A DNA stretch of 28,576 bases from a virus. Taxonomy: Duplodnaviria > Caudoviricetes. The stretch's first letter is position 1, and each line of letters opens with the position of its first letter. Made by a program: the position numbers and the translations under genes. Below, piece by piece: positions 26,858 through 28,576 of this stretch. The stretch lies in IMG/VR virus record IMGVR_UViG_3300030104_003748, positions 1-28,576 of that record; one strand, given 5' to 3'. Below the pieces are notes generated by a model. It saw nothing but the letters and a program-made list of their open reading frames with translations, had not been told where the DNA came from and searched no databases.

Positions 26858-27103
26858 GATGATTGGGAATAGGTTGAGTGAGTTACTTGAGAGGCGGACA
26901 ATATGCAGGACATAAGTTTAGAAAATAACACCTCGATAAATAGTCAAAACAAGAGCAAGAAACCTAAAATCATCAAGTTCAGGTGCGGACATACGACAGG
27001 AGCGGAGTTTAGAACATAACACCTACAACAATCAAGATTATGACAAAGAACAGGTCATTGATGAATAAGAACACAAAAGGGGTTTAAACACCTCTTTTTT
27101 TTT
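26858..27103 (+). ncRNA. Putative novel structured ncRNA (~240 nt) with internal repeats
   Basis: Bounded by a consensus promoter and a terminator. No convincing ORF. Multiple stems and three GACA-N5-CAGG units. Confidence 0.65.
27075..27103 (+). terminator. Intrinsic terminator
   Basis: AAAAGGGGT-ttaaac-ACCTC followed by T9. Confidence 0.75.
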
Positions 27104-27114
27104 GCTATAAAATA

Positions 27115-27145
27115 AACAAATTCCGCATTGTTATATTTATAAAAA
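27115..27145 (+). promoter_or_regulatory. Putative late promoter, copy D
   Basis: AACAAA...TTATATTTATAAAAA after the terminator, before the protease gene. Confidence 0.75.
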
Positions 27146-27154
27146 ACAATAACA

Positions 27155-28111
27155 ATGAAGAAAAAAAGAATCGTTGAATTATTAATTGACGAAACAGAGG
27201 ACGTTCATGGAATACAAGCTATCTCTTTAGTTGCAAATCCTGCAATAGAAAGAGGGTGGGTTGCTTTAAGTAAAGACAGATTTTTGTCACTAGCAAAAGT
27301 AAATAATGAAAAAAGAACACTTGTGGGTGTTGCACTTATTCCCGAAAAAGAAATACCTCGCTACGACCAAGATGCCAACGAAGAGTATTTAGTTTTCTTT
27401 TCTAAAGAAACAATTGAAAAAGCACAAGAGTTGTTTATGAACAGCTTAAAAAACAACAAGGCTACTGTTGAACATGAAAAAGATGTTGATGGTGTGAGTG
27501 TCATAGAAACATGGATAAAAGAAGATGAGAATGACAAATCAAATTTATATGGTTTTAATGATGTGCCGATTGGATCATGGCTTGTAAAAATGAAAGTATA
27601 CAATGATGAAGTGTGGAAACAAGTGAAGCAAGGTGATTTAAAAGGCTTTTCCATAGAAGGCTATTTTGTAGATAAAGCAATCGAAATGCAAAAAAATGAT
27701 ATTTTAGATTTAGCAGAAGAGTGTGTTGAGTGTGAGCAAAAAGAGGTTATGCAAGAAATAAAAGAATTACTTCTAGACGCTGAATTGAAACCAGACAAGA
27801 CACTTGATGGAACACCTATATATAAAGACATTGAAAAAGCTGAATTATATGGTTCTTTATTTTATGATTGCGTTGGTAGTCATGCACACGAAATTGATGG
27901 GGAAACCTACTACATGTCTTGTAAATCACACAATGAAATTCTAAAAAAACGAAAAAAGAAAGTCAAATATATTTCAGATAAATACAGAGCAAAGGGGTTT
28001 GAAAAATATCCTTGGGAACAATGTATAAAAGAACAGACTGAAAAATATGGAGACAAAGAAACAGCAGAAAAGGTATGTGCGTCAATTAAAAATAAAAGTG
28101 TAAACTATTGA
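27155..28111 (+). CDS. XkdF-like prohead serine protease with C-terminal small domains
   Basis: AISLV..PAIE, T.EH, P.GSW..MKV.ND.VW..VK.G..KGFSIEG motifs. Confidence 0.82.
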   Translation: MKKKRIVELLIDETEDVHGIQAISLVANPAIERGWVALSKDRFLSLAKVNNEKRTLVGVALIPEKEIPRYDQDANEEYLVFFSKETIEKAQELFMNSLKNNKATVEHEKDVDGVSVIETWIKEDENDKSNLYGFNDVPIGSWLVKMKVYNDEVWKQVKQGDLKGFSIEGYFVDKAIEMQKNDILDLAEECVECEQKEVMQEIKELLLDAELKPDKTLDGTPIYKDIEKAELYGSLFYDCVGSHAHEIDGETYYMSCKSHNEILKKRKKKVKYISDKYRAKGFEKYPWEQCIKEQTEKYGDKETAEKVCASIKNKSVNY

Positions 28112-28129
28112 TTTTTAACTTTGAAAAGC

Positions 28130-28160
28130 AACAATAATTAAGTTTTAATATATATAAAAA
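28130..28160 (+). promoter_or_regulatory. Putative late promoter, copy E (degenerate)
   Basis: AACAAT...TAATATATATAAAAA with the same spacing; upstream of scaffold/capsid. Confidence 0.55.
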
Positions 28161-28171
28161 AGATAATAAAA

Positions 28172-28576
28172 ATGAGTTCAATACAAAAAATCAAAGAACT
28201 TTTAAAGTTCACAAAGAAAAAAACATACAAAATCAATATGTATGCAGAGGCAATCTTAGATGATGCTCGAGTGATTGCAACCGATTCTGAAGAAATGGAG
28301 ATTGGCGCAGAAATTTACGTTATTAATGACGCAGGTGAAGTTGAAAGTCTTGCAGAAGGAATTTACACTTTACAAGATGGTTCGAAGGTTAGAATTGATG
28401 CTGAGAGCAAAATAGCAGGTTTTGGCGAAGAAGAAGAAGTTGTTGAAGAAGAAGTTGTTGAAGAAGAAATGGCAGAAGAAGTTGAGGTTGTAAAGAAAGA
28501 AGAAGTTGAAGAAACAATTACTGATGATGCAGTTCTTGAAGAAGTTGCAGTGAAAATAAATGATGCAACACCAGAC
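28172..28576 (+). CDS. Capsid scaffolding protein, 5' part (continues at window start to 384)
   Basis: MSSIQKIKELL...EGIYTLQDGSKV...EEEVVEEEM; no stop before the window end. Confidence 0.8.
   Translation, partial: MSSIQKIKELLKFTKKKTYKINMYAEAILDDARVIATDSEEMEIGAEIYVINDAGEVESLAEGIYTLQDGSKVRIDAESKIAGFGEEEEVVEEEVVEEEMAEEVEVVKKEEVEETITDDAVLEEVAVKINDATPD
28475..28576. repeat. Terminal direct repeat, copy 2
   Basis: Matches 1-102 with one mismatch. Confidence 0.97.

Noticed and set aside
26861-27010. CsrB/RsmZ-like sponge based on several GGA motifs
   Set aside because: The GGAs are not in short hairpin loops, and CsrA is not generally known from Bacteroidota
26903-27019. 38-aa ORF MQDISLENN...AEFRT inside the putative ncRNA
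   Set aside because: No A-rich Bacteroidota-type leader, and the two nucleotide repeats fall in different reading frames, which argues against protein-level selection. Not fully excluded.
26891-27074. CRISPR or TIGR array interpretation of the repeats
   Set aside because: Only two good units plus one degenerate unit, irregular spacing, and no cas or Nop-domain gene. Kept only as an ncRNA hypothesis.
680-27654. All minus-strand ORFs in the track, plus the nested + strand ORF 11920-12108
   Set aside because: They lie almost entirely within well-supported + strand genes, have no recognisable motifs, and look like shadow ORFs
28420-28550. GAAGAAGTT tandem-like repeats
   Set aside because: Explained by the Glu/Val-rich low-complexity scaffold protein

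Overview
This window looks like a complete, circularly permuted ~28.47 kb genome of a small tailed (siphovirus-like) dsDNA phage. The last 102 nt repeat the first 102 nt with one synonymous mismatch, and one ORF reads across that junction. The host is very probably Bacteroidota (flavobacteria-like). Evidence for this is two TTG-N20/21-TAnnTTTG promoters, A-rich leaders lacking Shine-Dalgarno sequences, and DUF3127- and DUF4373-like genes. All credible genes are on the + strand. In circular order the modules are: early genes (9796-11368); replication initiator, C5-methyltransferase, VRR-NUC nuclease, SSB-like protein and a phage sigma factor; HNH, ParB-like protein, glycosyltransferase and terminase; tail genes with a -1 frameshift chaperone and tape measure protein; XkdF-like protease, scaffold, capsid and tail tube; portal and adaptor; membrane/lysis cassette and metallophosphoesterase. 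I see no integrase, repressor, polymerase, helicase, tRNA or CRISPR array. The most interesting signals are non-coding. (1) A promoter- and terminator-bounded ~240 nt structured RNA with repeated GACA-N5-CAGG units (26858-27103). (2) A terminator-like hairpin (11374-11436) whose loop is antisense to the start region of the first early gene. (3) A five-copy bipartite late-promoter motif, with one copy just upstream of the phage sigma gene. Protein family calls come from motif recognition by eye, not from database searches.
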